Shown: positions 28,231-37,599 of the stretch, piece after piece
How the letters are laid out: each line of letters opens with the position of its first letter
Numbering within the stretch: position 1 is the stretch's first letter
Assembly: GCA_965199825.1 (NCBI GenBank)
Contig: OZ241329.1
Coordinates: 2,048,001 to 2,112,000, forward strand
Length of the DNA: 64,000 nt
Direction: 5' to 3'
From: Bdellovibrionales bacterium
GTDB taxonomy: Bacteria > Bdellovibrionota > Bdellovibrionia > Bdellovibrionales > UBA1609
The notes under the pieces: generated by a model
Seen by the model: the letters and a program-made list of their open reading frames with translations, nothing else
Told to the model about the DNA's origin: nothing
Databases searched by the model: none
Translations under genes and position numbers: made by a program

Positions 28231-29376
28231 ATGACCAATTTTGTCTATCTCGATTGCAACGCAACCACACCTTTGTCCAAAGAGGTGATCGAGTTTGCCC
28301 AAAGCCAAATTTCAGAATTTGGCAATCCCTCATCGATCCACTCCTTTGGTCGAGGTCCTAAGACCCGACTGCGAGATGCGCGAACGATGGTAGCAAAAAT
28401 GATTTACGCCGATCCTCTTGAAATTATTTTTACCAGTGGCGGAAGTGAATCAAACAATCTCGCTTTAAAGGGAGTTTCTCAGCCGCATCGCAATCGGATT
28501 TTGATTTCGAGTGTGGAACATCCCAGTGTTTTAAAAACAGCGATGTCGCTTAAAAATCATCACATCGATTTGATGCCGGTAAATCGTCAGGGCGAAGTGG
28601 ATCTTGAGATCTTTTCAAATCTTGTAACCGACAAGACAGCGCTTGTTTCATTCATGTTTGCCAATAATGAAACCGGTCATATCTTTCCAATCGAGCAAAT
28701 GACAAAAATCGCGCATGACAAAGGGGCCCTGTTTCATACCGATGCGGTTCAAGCTTTGGGTAAAATCGAAATCGATGTTCGAAAGCTCAATGTGGATTTC
28801 TTAAGTCTTTCTGCTCACAAGTTTTATGGCCTCAAAGGGGCAGGGGTTCTTTACGCTCGAAAGGGTGTTGAACTTCAAACCCTGATTCATGGCGGTGGAC
28901 AAGAGCGATCTCGTCGCGCAGGCACCGAAAATATTTTGAGTGTTGCAGCTCTTGGTGTGATGTGCGCAAAACAAGACCAAGTGGTGGCTAAAAATTTAGA
29001 AATAAAAAATTTAAGAGACCAAATGGAGTCACAAATTCTTGAAAGAATCCCTGCGGTTCGAATCGTCGGGCAAGAGACAGATCGATTACCAAACACATCA
29101 TGTTTAATCATCGATGATGTTGATGGCGAAATTTTATTAATGAATTTGGATATTGAAGGCTATGCGGTTTCAACTGGGGCTGCATGCAGCAGTGGAAGTC
29201 CTGATCCATCGCCAGTGTTACTTGCAATGGGATACTTAAGGCGCGAAGCCCAACATTCTTTACGTATTTCTTTGGGCTGGCACAATACCCAAGACGAAAT
29301 TATTGGTTTTGTTGAAGCCCTTAAAAAATCTGTGGAGCGAATTCGATCCTTTAAAAAAGTGGGTTTAAATTTATGA
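28231..29376 (+). CDS. Cysteine desulfurase (IscS/NifS family)
   Basis: YLDCNATTP, FGNPSS, SGGSESNN, HTDAVQ, SAHKFYG, STGAACSS. Confidence 0.95.
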   Translation: MTNFVYLDCNATTPLSKEVIEFAQSQISEFGNPSSIHSFGRGPKTRLRDARTMVAKMIYADPLEIIFTSGGSESNNLALKGVSQPHRNRILISSVEHPSVLKTAMSLKNHHIDLMPVNRQGEVDLEIFSNLVTDKTALVSFMFANNETGHIFPIEQMTKIAHDKGALFHTDAVQALGKIEIDVRKLNVDFLSLSAHKFYGLKGAGVLYARKGVELQTLIHGGGQERSRRAGTENILSVAALGVMCAKQDQVVAKNLEIKNLRDQMESQILERIPAVRIVGQETDRLPNTSCLIIDDVDGEILLMNLDIEGYAVSTGAACSSGSPDPSPVLLAMGYLRREAQHSLRISLGWHNTQDEIIGFVEALKKSVERIRSFKKVGLNL

Positions 29377-30446
29377 AAAAAAGAGTTCTGGTCGCGATGA
29401 GTGGAGGAGTGGACAGTTCGGTTGCGGCCGCATTGTTGGTCGAGCAAGGCTACGATGTGATCGGCATGACGATGCAAGTTTGGGATTACTCCAAGAAGAG
29501 CTGCGATATTTTCGAGGGCCACGGTACCTGTTGCTCGAGCACTGATGTTGACGACGCCCGAAGTGTTGCCGATCGACTGAACATTCCATTTTATGTTTTA
29601 AATTGTGAAGCGAAGTTTCAGGCCTATGTGATTGATGAATTTGTGGGATCTTATCTAGAGGGTCGAACTCCGATCCCATGTGTGAACTGCAATACTTATC
29701 TTAAATTTGATCATCTGATCCAAAAAATGAAAGAGCTCAATTGCGATTATTTAGCGACCGGACACTACGCTCAAATCGAAACCCATAGTGATCAAACCAC
29801 GTTGTCCACCAGTACCGATGATTTTAAAGATCAAACCTATTTTTTGTTTACTTTACCAAAATCAATTTTGCCGCGGCTCCTTTTTCCGATCGGCCATTTA
29901 TCAAAACCCGAGGTGAGAAAAATCGCTGAAGAACGAAATTTGTGTGTGGCGCGTAAAAAAGATTCGACCGGAATTTGTTTTATTGGGCCAAAAGGATATT
30001 CCGACTTTATTGAGACCCACACCGCTCCTGATCTTTTAAAAAAAGGTGACTTGCGACTGTATCCCAGCGGCGAAGTTGTCGGCACCCACGACGGTATTCA
30101 TCATTTTACCTATGGTCAGCGAAAAGGTTTGGGCGTGTTTCGACCAAACCCTTTGTACGTTCTAAAAGTGGATCCCAAAACCGCGGAAGTATGGCTCGGT
30201 GAAGAAGAGCATTTGTACTCTTCCTCGCTCAAGGTCAAAAAAGTGCATTGGCTTGATCCCATTTTGCCCGAAGAGCGTGTGACCGTAAAAATTCGTTACG
30301 CTCACAAAGGTGCAATGGCCAAATTGAGATCCACCGATCAAGGCTTAGAGGTTGAATTTGACGAACCACAACGAGCGATCACGCCCGGACAGGCTGCGGT
30401 GTTTTATCGCGGATCACAGCTTCTTGGTGGAGGATGGATCGTTTAG
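29373..30446 (+). CDS. mnmA: tRNA 2-thiouridylase
   Basis: AMSGGVDSS, TPIPCVNCN, ATGHYA, KDQTYFL, ITPGQAAV. Confidence 0.97.
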   Translation: MKKRVLVAMSGGVDSSVAAALLVEQGYDVIGMTMQVWDYSKKSCDIFEGHGTCCSSTDVDDARSVADRLNIPFYVLNCEAKFQAYVIDEFVGSYLEGRTPIPCVNCNTYLKFDHLIQKMKELNCDYLATGHYAQIETHSDQTTLSTSTDDFKDQTYFLFTLPKSILPRLLFPIGHLSKPEVRKIAEERNLCVARKKDSTGICFIGPKGYSDFIETHTAPDLLKKGDLRLYPSGEVVGTHDGIHHFTYGQRKGLGVFRPNPLYVLKVDPKTAEVWLGEEEHLYSSSLKVKKVHWLDPILPEERVTVKIRYAHKGAMAKLRSTDQGLEVEFDEPQRAITPGQAAVFYRGSQLLGGGWIV

Positions 30447-30529
30447 TCCGCCGATTGACGTTGACGCCAAGCAATAAGTCGGGGTATTACAACATCTTTA
30501 TTGGGCGAATTTTCCCTGAAGGGCCCTTG

Positions 30530-31201
30530 ATGACCTTGGCTGAACTTAAATTTCGAAACGATGAGCTGTTGCTACAAGCTCTCACTCACAAGTCCTTTTC
30601 AAACGAAAACAAAGACAAGATTAAAAGCTCTTTGCACAACGAGCGTCTAGAATTCTTAGGCGATGCGGTGCTCGATTTGGTTTTGAGTGATTACCTTATG
30701 AGTGAATTTCCAGAACTCAACGAAGGTGATTTATCCAAAATTCGGGCAGGATTGGTCAACGAATCGGTTTTGTCACAGGTGGCACTCGAGCTTGAGCTCC
30801 ACAATCAACTTAAATTGGGAAAAGGCGAACTTCAAACCGGTGGTTTAAAAAAGCCACGGCTGTTGGCCTCGGTTTTTGAAGCGGTGATTGGGGCCTACTA
30901 CTTGGACTCAGGCTTTATTGCGACCAAGCATTTTGTGACCGAAACCTTTCGAGCACGAGTGCAAGACACCAATCCACTCATAAAAAATGGCACCGATTTT
31001 AAAACTCAACTTCAAGAAGTGATGCAAGAAAGATTTAAGCGCACCCCTACCTACGTGGTCGCAAGATCTGATGGTCCTGATCATGACAAAACATTTTTTG
31101 TTTGTGTGTATTTAGATAAAAAGAAATTGGCTGAAGGTTTTGGGAAAAGTAAAAAACAAGCAGAACAGGTGGCCGCTCAAGCGGCGCTAAAGGAGATATA
31201 G
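30530..31201 (+). CDS. rnc: Ribonuclease III
   Basis: NERLEFLGDAVL signature; dsRBD DFKTQLQE...GKSKKQAEQ. Confidence 0.97.
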   Translation: MTLAELKFRNDELLLQALTHKSFSNENKDKIKSSLHNERLEFLGDAVLDLVLSDYLMSEFPELNEGDLSKIRAGLVNESVLSQVALELELHNQLKLGKGELQTGGLKKPRLLASVFEAVIGAYYLDSGFIATKHFVTETFRARVQDTNPLIKNGTDFKTQLQEVMQERFKRTPTYVVARSDGPDHDKTFFVCVYLDKKKLAEGFGKSKKQAEQVAAQAALKEI

Positions 31202-32106
31202 TGGATTCGAATTTTCGTGCAGGCTTTGTTGGCCTCCTCGGGTTACCAAATGCGGGTAAAAGTACACTGATCAATGCATTGGTTGGCGAAAAAATTGCGG
31301 CAGTGTCGGCCCGCCCCCAAACCACACGCCGCCGTGTGCGTGGTGTTTTAACCAATGAGCAAGCCCAAATTATTTTTGTCGATGCGCCAGGTTTTGTTGG
31401 TCAAAACATCAAGGGCTTAAATAAATTTTTGGCTTATGAATACCAAGACGTTTTGAAAAACTCCGATGTGTTGATGGTGGTGTTGAGTCCGGATGAGGGG
31501 AGCCTTGAGAATCTTCAAGCCATGATCAAGACTGCCGCACTTGCGAAAAAAAGCATCGTGTTTGTGATCAATAAAATTGATTTAGGGCTAAATGACCAAA
31601 TGCAGGTTTTGAGAAATTTATTAAAAGGCGAAAAAATTATCGAGATTTCAGCTTTGTGGTCGAGAGAGGTTTTAGAAAAAGCCATTTTGACCGAGCTTGT
31701 GCCTCATTTACCAAAGAGCGAAGCTCCACTTTATGACGCCGAGTTATTTACTCTTGAAATCAGCCGCGATATGGCTTCAGAAATGATTCGTGAGCGAGCT
31801 TTTGTTTCATTAAAACAGGAACTCCCTTATAGCCTTGCTGTTCGAATTTTGCAGTTTGATGAAGAAGATCCAGATCTTTCAAAAATATCTGCCGAGATAT
31901 TGGTCGCCAAACAAAATCATCGCGGAATGGTTGTTGGTATGGGCGGTCAAATGATTCGGAAAATCGGCTCAGAAGCGCGCGAACAGATCGAGCACTTTTT
32001 GGGAAAAAAGGTCTTTCTTGATCTGCATGTCACCTGTAAACCCCAATGGATGAAACGCCCAGAGATGCTTAAGGAGCTTGGTTATGTCATTACGGACTCT
32101 CAATAG
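31201..32106 (+). CDS. era: GTPase Era
   Basis: GLPNAGKSTL, QTTR, DAPG, NKID, QELPYS, KH domain; follows rnc. Confidence 0.95.
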   Translation: MDSNFRAGFVGLLGLPNAGKSTLINALVGEKIAAVSARPQTTRRRVRGVLTNEQAQIIFVDAPGFVGQNIKGLNKFLAYEYQDVLKNSDVLMVVLSPDEGSLENLQAMIKTAALAKKSIVFVINKIDLGLNDQMQVLRNLLKGEKIIEISALWSREVLEKAILTELVPHLPKSEAPLYDAELFTLEISRDMASEMIRERAFVSLKQELPYSLAVRILQFDEEDPDLSKISAEILVAKQNHRGMVVGMGGQMIRKIGSEAREQIEHFLGKKVFLDLHVTCKPQWMKRPEMLKELGYVITDSQ

Positions 32107-33424
32107 AGTCGGACTTTTTGGTCGGCCCAACGTAGGTAAATCAACTTTATTTAATATGCTCACGAGGAGCCGCAAGGCTCTCGTCAAAAATGAACCCGGT
32201 GTGACCCGAGATCTCTTGATTGACCGCGCCGACTGGTGGGGACATCAGTTTGAAGTGGTCGACATGGGAGGGGTGACCGAATCAAAAGAGGGTTTTGCTC
32301 CGTTGATTCGCGAAAAGGTTTTGTCGAACCTGCACAGCCTTGATCTTTTGTTGGTGATCATGGACGCGCGCGCCGGCGTCTTGCCCGAGGACAAAGACAT
32401 TTTGCGACTCGCCAAAGAATCTGGGAAACCTTTTTGTTTGATCGTCAACAAAGTCGATAGCGAAACTAACATCACCAATTTGACTGCCGAATTTTTTGAA
32501 TTTGGACTCGATTTTTTTACCACCTCATTTGAAAAACGGGTGGGTGTGGATGAAGTGGTCGAGTGGGTGATTCGCCATCTTGAAGACAAAAAAGCCGAAG
32601 AAAAAACGGGCCTGCGCATCACGATCTTGGGTAAGCCCAACGTGGGCAAAAGCTCGCTTTGCAATTATTTGTTAAGAGAAAATCGACTGCTCGTTTCAGA
32701 CCGTGTCGGAACTACGGTCGATGCGGTTGAAGTTCCACTGACCTACGACGATAAGCCTTATATTTTGGTTGATACCGCGGGTTTAAGACGCCAAGCGAGA
32801 CGAAAAGACGGAGTCGAATATCTCTCGGCCCACATGTCTGAAGAAGCCATCCGTCGCAGCAATGTGGTGTTGTTGGTGGTCGACGCGACTCATGGTCCCT
32901 CAGGTCAAGATGTCAAAATGGTGGAACTCTGTCTTGAGCTTCACAAAGCGGTTATTTTAGTCGGCAACAAAATGGATTTGAGCGACAATCGCACTCAAAC
33001 AAAAGAAAATTTTGTGCGATTGATCGAGCGTCACCTCCGATTTTTTCCCGACATTCCATTTTGCTTTGTCAGCGTAAAAGAAGGAAAAGGATTTCGCGGA
33101 TTATTCAGAACGGTCGAAAATGTTGCGGTTCGATTAAAGCAAAAAATCAGCACATCAAAACTCAATAAGTTTTTCTTTGATGTGATCCGTAAAGCTCCGG
33201 CACCTGTTTGGGGCTCATCCAACGTTAAATTTTATTATTTGGTTCAGACTGGCCAACTTCCTCCAAGTTTTATTGCTTTTGCCAATCATCCCCAGGGCGT
33301 AAATCCTTCTTACAGAAAGTTTATTTCAAAACGTCTTAAAGAAGAATTCGATCTGATGGGAATTCCGGTGCGTATATTTGTGATGCCTTCGCATAAAACT
33401 CAACTCGAAGAGAGTCGCGTTTGA
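32084..33424 (+). CDS. der: Ribosome biogenesis GTPase Der (EngA)
   Basis: Two G-domains: GRPNVGKSTL and GKPNVGKSSL. Confidence 0.96.
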   Translation: MSLRTLNRVGLFGRPNVGKSTLFNMLTRSRKALVKNEPGVTRDLLIDRADWWGHQFEVVDMGGVTESKEGFAPLIREKVLSNLHSLDLLLVIMDARAGVLPEDKDILRLAKESGKPFCLIVNKVDSETNITNLTAEFFEFGLDFFTTSFEKRVGVDEVVEWVIRHLEDKKAEEKTGLRITILGKPNVGKSSLCNYLLRENRLLVSDRVGTTVDAVEVPLTYDDKPYILVDTAGLRRQARRKDGVEYLSAHMSEEAIRRSNVVLLVVDATHGPSGQDVKMVELCLELHKAVILVGNKMDLSDNRTQTKENFVRLIERHLRFFPDIPFCFVSVKEGKGFRGLFRTVENVAVRLKQKISTSKLNKFFFDVIRKAPAPVWGSSNVKFYYLVQTGQLPPSFIAFANHPQGVNPSYRKFISKRLKEEFDLMGIPVRIFVMPSHKTQLEESRV

Positions 33425-34791
33425 AGCAAAAGGCATTTGGAACCCGCGCCGGGTTTTATTTAGCCTCATTAGGTTGCGCCTTTGGAATTGGAAATCTTTG
33501 GCGCTTTCCTTATGTGGTTTATGAAAATGGTGGCGGGGCTTTTGTTTTTTTATTTTTTTTAAGTCTTTTTATTATCGGATTGCCGCTGATTGTTGCGGAA
33601 CTTGCAATCGGCAAAATGACCGGCCATTCGAGTGTTCTGGCCTTTGAGCGTCTTACAAACTCAAAGCCAGCAAAAATTTTGGGTGTTCTTTCAACCGCAC
33701 TGACTGTGTTTGTTTTAAGTTATTATGCGGTAATCAGTGGTTGGGTGCTCTACTTTTTTTTAAAATTTGCGTCCGCTATTGCAGCCTTTCAACCGCTTGT
33801 TGCAACCGAAACGCTTCAGCTGTTGCAAGAATCTTCCGACCTCCAAATCTTTCTTACCTTCGCTCACATATGTATCGTGGTCTATATTGTGGCTCGCGGT
33901 GTTCAGCTCGGAACAGAGCGCTTTATCGGACTCTTTATGCCGCTCCTGATCGCGCTTGTTTTTTTACTTTGTGCCAAGGGCTTAAGCCTTGAACATGCAT
34001 CAGAGTCTCTTCATAGTTTTTTGTATCCCGATTTTTCAAAACTTAACGTTTCAAGTTTCGGAAAAGCTCTAGGCCAAGCCTTGTTTACCCTTGGTGTCGG
34101 CTTTGGATCGATGGTCACCTTTGGAAGCTATCTCAATGATCGGGTTTTTATTCCATTTGCCGCATTCCGAGTGGTCGCGCTCGATGCTTTGCTTTCACTT
34201 TTTGCAGGCATTCTCATTTTTCCTTTGATCCACTGGACACCCTTGACTCCTCACGGCCCCGATTTGCTTTTTCAAACAGTCCCTGTGTGGCTGGGCTCGT
34301 TGGCATTTGGAAAAGTATTTGGAGCCGCATTTTTTTTATGTCTTTATCTTGCAGCAGTGGGAGCGAGCCTTGCTCTATTTGAAGCTGTTGTGGCCAATCT
34401 CCAAGAAATCTTAAAAATCTCACGCAAAAAATCAGCAGTGTTTGCAGGCCTCACATGTCTGATTTTTTCGTTGTTGAGTTCTTTGTCGAACACAACTTTT
34501 AAGTGGGTGTCCTACCAAGGCAGAGGATTATTCGAAATTGTCGACTCGGTATTGATTGATGTTTTGTTGCCGATTGTTGCACTTATTTTGTGTTTGATTA
34601 TTGGGAAACATCTCAATCGCCCAGAGATTGTGAAATTGGTGATGAGCGAGCCCAGTGCGGAGGGTGAGCGCGTTTTGCGTCAGTGGGTTTGGCTGATCCG
34701 GTGGTTTATACCGGGGATGGTGGTGGTGGCGCTAGCAGGTCAACTTTACTCCCTCCAGCTGGCCCCTTTAATTGTTTTTTTTGGCGGCTGA
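33421..34791 (+). CDS. Sodium-dependent transporter (NSS/SNF family); last ~9 codons and stop supplied by the IS
   Basis: GCAFGIGNLWRFPY..YENGGGAF; many TM helices. Confidence 0.92.
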   Translation: MKQKAFGTRAGFYLASLGCAFGIGNLWRFPYVVYENGGGAFVFLFFLSLFIIGLPLIVAELAIGKMTGHSSVLAFERLTNSKPAKILGVLSTALTVFVLSYYAVISGWVLYFFLKFASAIAAFQPLVATETLQLLQESSDLQIFLTFAHICIVVYIVARGVQLGTERFIGLFMPLLIALVFLLCAKGLSLEHASESLHSFLYPDFSKLNVSSFGKALGQALFTLGVGFGSMVTFGSYLNDRVFIPFAAFRVVALDALLSLFAGILIFPLIHWTPLTPHGPDLLFQTVPVWLGSLAFGKVFGAAFFLCLYLAAVGASLALFEAVVANLQEILKISRKKSAVFAGLTCLIFSLLSSLSNTTFKWVSYQGRGLFEIVDSVLIDVLLPIVALILCLIIGKHLNRPEIVKLVMSEPSAEGERVLRQWVWLIRWFIPGMVVVALAGQLYSLQLAPLIVFFGG

Positions 34792-34808
34792 TTTTAATCT
34801 CCAAAATT

Positions 34809-35735
34809 TTAAGCTTCGAGGCCCATCAGATCTAAAAATATGCGGTGGGATTTCTTCGGCTGAATTATAAATTCATTATGATAAAAGGTGTAGATCGCGA
34901 GATGGTTGTTTAAATCCTCAATCTTTTTTGTGGTGCACCAAGTTTTTCGCGACATTCTTTTTAAATTGTCACGAATCATGGCACAAGTGTGGTTGACAGT
35001 GAACAGAGGATCAAAGCCTCCTCGCTTCAGCTCTCCTTGTCCAACAATACAGCCTCTTCTTCCTTTAAACGTCTTATGCTCGTGCTGCTTGAAATGCTTT
35101 TTCATGTCTGAAACATAGTGAGGATTTTGGTCCGAACGAAAAACGCAGTCCTCTCTGATTAGAGGTTTAAGCTTAAGGAAGAGTCTTTGACGAGCTTGAG
35201 GTCTTTCATCTTTCCGGTGGCCGTACTTGATCCGAGCCTTCTTACTCAACAAACCTTTGGCCGGCATCTGGCTGCATTCTGAACCAAGAATGCGCCTGGT
35301 TTTTTTATCAACAGCAAGACTGATGGAGATGGGCTTACATTTCGTATGTTCAAAGGTTTCCATGTCGTCGAACTGAACCTCGGTGACGTTTTGATCATGA
35401 ATTTGTTGGTCTAGAAAACAAAATGAGAGATTTGCAAGAAATCGAAACTTTCGAATCACAGTTTTACGATTCGTTCTCAACACAAGCGCAGTTCTTCGTT
35501 TAGAAAAGCCACCGCAGAGTTTGTGATAAATAGGAATATTTAAAAATCGTTTCCTTTGACGGTAACAAACTTCACGGGTCGCACTTGAAAAACTCTTCTT
35601 ACACCCTAAACAGCAGTAGCGCTGAATCCATTTTTGATCAGATTTTCGAAAAAAGAATCCGGCTTTGCGAACACGCATCCGCTCTTTTCCGGATTGTTTT
35701 TCGCATTCGCAAACGGGATTTGATCTTTGATTCAT
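34809..35735 (-). CDS. IS1-like transposase (Zn ribbon, HTH, DDE-fold), single ORF
   Basis: CEC...CLGCKKSF; SKRRTALVLRTNRKTV; VQFDDMETF; FRSDQNPHY; VNHTCAMIRDNLKRMSRKTWCTTKK. Confidence 0.85.
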   Translation of the reverse strand: MNQRSNPVCECEKQSGKERMRVRKAGFFFRKSDQKWIQRYCCLGCKKSFSSATREVCYRQRKRFLNIPIYHKLCGGFSKRRTALVLRTNRKTVIRKFRFLANLSFCFLDQQIHDQNVTEVQFDDMETFEHTKCKPISISLAVDKKTRRILGSECSQMPAKGLLSKKARIKYGHRKDERPQARQRLFLKLKPLIREDCVFRSDQNPHYVSDMKKHFKQHEHKTFKGRRGCIVGQGELKRGGFDPLFTVNHTCAMIRDNLKRMSRKTWCTTKKIEDLNNHLAIYTFYHNEFIIQPKKSHRIFLDLMGLEA

Positions 35736-35748
35736 TCCTGATCAGAAG

Positions 35749-35764
35749 AGCAAACCCTCGGCCA
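35749..35764 (-). promoter_or_regulatory. Sigma54 -24/-12 promoter inside the IS, upstream of the transposase
   Basis: TGGCCGAGGGTTTGCT (GG-N10-GC), ending 13 nt before ATG 35735. Confidence 0.6.
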
Positions 35765-35786
35765 CAAACAATTAAGTGGGCCAGCT

Positions 35787-36512
35787 TTAGAAGTTTACGC
35801 CCAGGATTGCGAGCACCGTTATAAAATCCCCCTTCGGATAAAACCCCGTGTGCTCATTGTTGGCCAACACAACCTCTGAATTTTCGTTGGCGAAATTAAC
35901 CAGTTCATAAACAGCTTGGCCACCAAAATACATTTTGTTTCGCATCATCGGAATTTCAATTCCAACGCCCACATCAAAACCCAATGCATTATCCTTTGAG
36001 TAAGCCCCCTCGGCCACCACGGTTGCGGTCCGATAGACCTCGCTAAATCCGCCGAGCAAATAAGGATTTAAGGCTGCAAGACCACGCGTTACGTTTTGGG
36101 TGTTAAGATAATATTTCAGTGACATCCCGATTGCCGAAATATTGGCATCGCCATGAACCTGTGTGCCTGCGCGTGAGGTGTAACTGATCGTGTGATCACC
36201 GGTTAAAAAATTAATTTGCAATGCAAATCGCAAATCGAAAAAATAACTTAAGTAAAGACCGTAGGCCGGTGCACTTTGATAGAGTTGCGACATCGTTTCG
36301 GTTACGACGCGATATCCACCCAAAAATCCAATGGTAAAAAAACGTCCGTTACGAAAAAAGTTGATATCGGCTTCTTCATCTGAGGCCTGATCGAACTCAC
36401 TGTAATCGGCAAAGGGATCGTAGGTTTCGTCAACCTCGGATTGAGCAACCTTGAATTCGGTTGCAAATGTTGGACTAAAAAATATTTGAAGAACAAAAAT
36501 CAGACCTATCAT
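35787..36512 (-). CDS. Outer-membrane beta-barrel protein
   Basis: Signal peptide; alternating beta-strands; C-terminal LGVNF. Confidence 0.8.
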   Translation of the reverse strand: MIGLIFVLQIFFSPTFATEFKVAQSEVDETYDPFADYSEFDQASDEEADINFFRNGRFFTIGFLGGYRVVTETMSQLYQSAPAYGLYLSYFFDLRFALQINFLTGDHTISYTSRAGTQVHGDANISAIGMSLKYYLNTQNVTRGLAALNPYLLGGFSEVYRTATVVAEGAYSKDNALGFDVGVGIEIPMMRNKMYFGGQAVYELVNFANENSEVVLANNEHTGFYPKGDFITVLAILGVNF

Positions 36513-36606
36513 TGTGACGCTTCCCCCTTAACGCCCTTATTCTCACTTGGAGTGTCAAACAGAAGCAAGTCTTGTCTCGCAGAATATTCAGATGTTAGAG
36601 AGACAT

Positions 36607-37599
36607 GTGACAATCACATATAAACAATCAGGCGTTGATATCGAGCGCGGTGATGCGCTTGTCGATTGGCTCAAGGCCTCGCCTCAAGGGCCCCACCATC
36701 AAAAAATTGTTTCTGGTATCGGTGGGTTTGCAGCTCTCTTCAAGGCCGACTTTAAATCGATGAGCGAGCCCACATTAGTCAGCTGCACGGATGGTGTGGG
36801 AACAAAATTAAAACTGATCACTCACTTTAAAAGCTATCACACCGTAGGCCAAGACTTGGTCGGTATGAATGTTAATGATTTGATTTGTTGTGGAGCGGAG
36901 CCCTTATTTTTTCTCGATTATTTTGCAACGGGCCATCTCGAGCTCGAAAATGCCAAATCTTTTTTGACGGGCTTAAGATCGGCCTGTGATCAATCCGATT
37001 TGGCTTTGATCGGCGGTGAGACCGCTGAGATGCCCGGGTTTTATCCCAATGGCGAATTTGATTGCGCCGGATTTGCTGTGGGTGTTGTGGATTTGCAAAA
37101 GGCTTTAGGACCAAAAAAAGTGGCAGCAGGCGCAAAGATTTTAGGCATTTCCTCTTCTGGATTTCATAGCAACGGCTATTCCTTGATTCGAAAAGTTTTT
37201 GAAAATGATTTGGATCAGCATCGCGAGATGCTGCTTGAGCCCACCGCGCTTTATGTTCAAGTGGCAAAACTTTTAAAATCAAAATGTGTGGTGCAGGCCT
37301 TTGCTCATATTACGGGTGGAGGGATTCACAATCTGATGCGTGTGATTCCTGATCACTTGGGCGTAGCACTTCAAAGCTGGCAGGTGCCCGAGGCTTTTGA
37401 AATGGTTAAGCAACGTGCGGGGTTGTCATGGGCCGAAATGTTAAAGACCCTCAATTGTGGAATTGGTTTTGTGGTGATCGTTGATCCAAAGGATTTTGCG
37501 ATTGCACAAACGTGTGTGACCGAGTGTGGATTTCAACCTTTTGATTTGGGTGAGGTCACACAAGCCCAAGGTTTTAAGATTTCGGGTTTTTATGACTGA
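36607..37599 (+). CDS. purM: Phosphoribosylformylglycinamidine cyclo-ligase
   Basis: TYKQSGVDI, TDGVGTK, GGETAEMPG, HSNGYSL, HITGGG; GTG 36607 is the likely start. Confidence 0.97.
   Translation: MTITYKQSGVDIERGDALVDWLKASPQGPHHQKIVSGIGGFAALFKADFKSMSEPTLVSCTDGVGTKLKLITHFKSYHTVGQDLVGMNVNDLICCGAEPLFFLDYFATGHLELENAKSFLTGLRSACDQSDLALIGGETAEMPGFYPNGEFDCAGFAVGVVDLQKALGPKKVAAGAKILGISSSGFHSNGYSLIRKVFENDLDQHREMLLEPTALYVQVAKLLKSKCVVQAFAHITGGGIHNLMRVIPDHLGVALQSWQVPEAFEMVKQRAGLSWAEMLKTLNCGIGFVVIVDPKDFAIAQTCVTECGFQPFDLGEVTQAQGFKISGFYD

Larger units (their letters stand above)
34761..35782 (-). mobile_element. Complete IS1-like insertion sequence with 17-bp TIRs and AGCT flanks
   Basis: GGCCCCTTTAATTGTTT (34761-34777) versus reverse complement of 35766-35782, GGCCCACTTAATTGTTT (15/17); AGCT at 34757-34760 and 35783-35786. 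Confidence 0.88.

Noticed and set aside
36513..36606. Purine or ZMP riboswitch before purM
   Set aside because: Short divergent spacer with no recognisable aptamer
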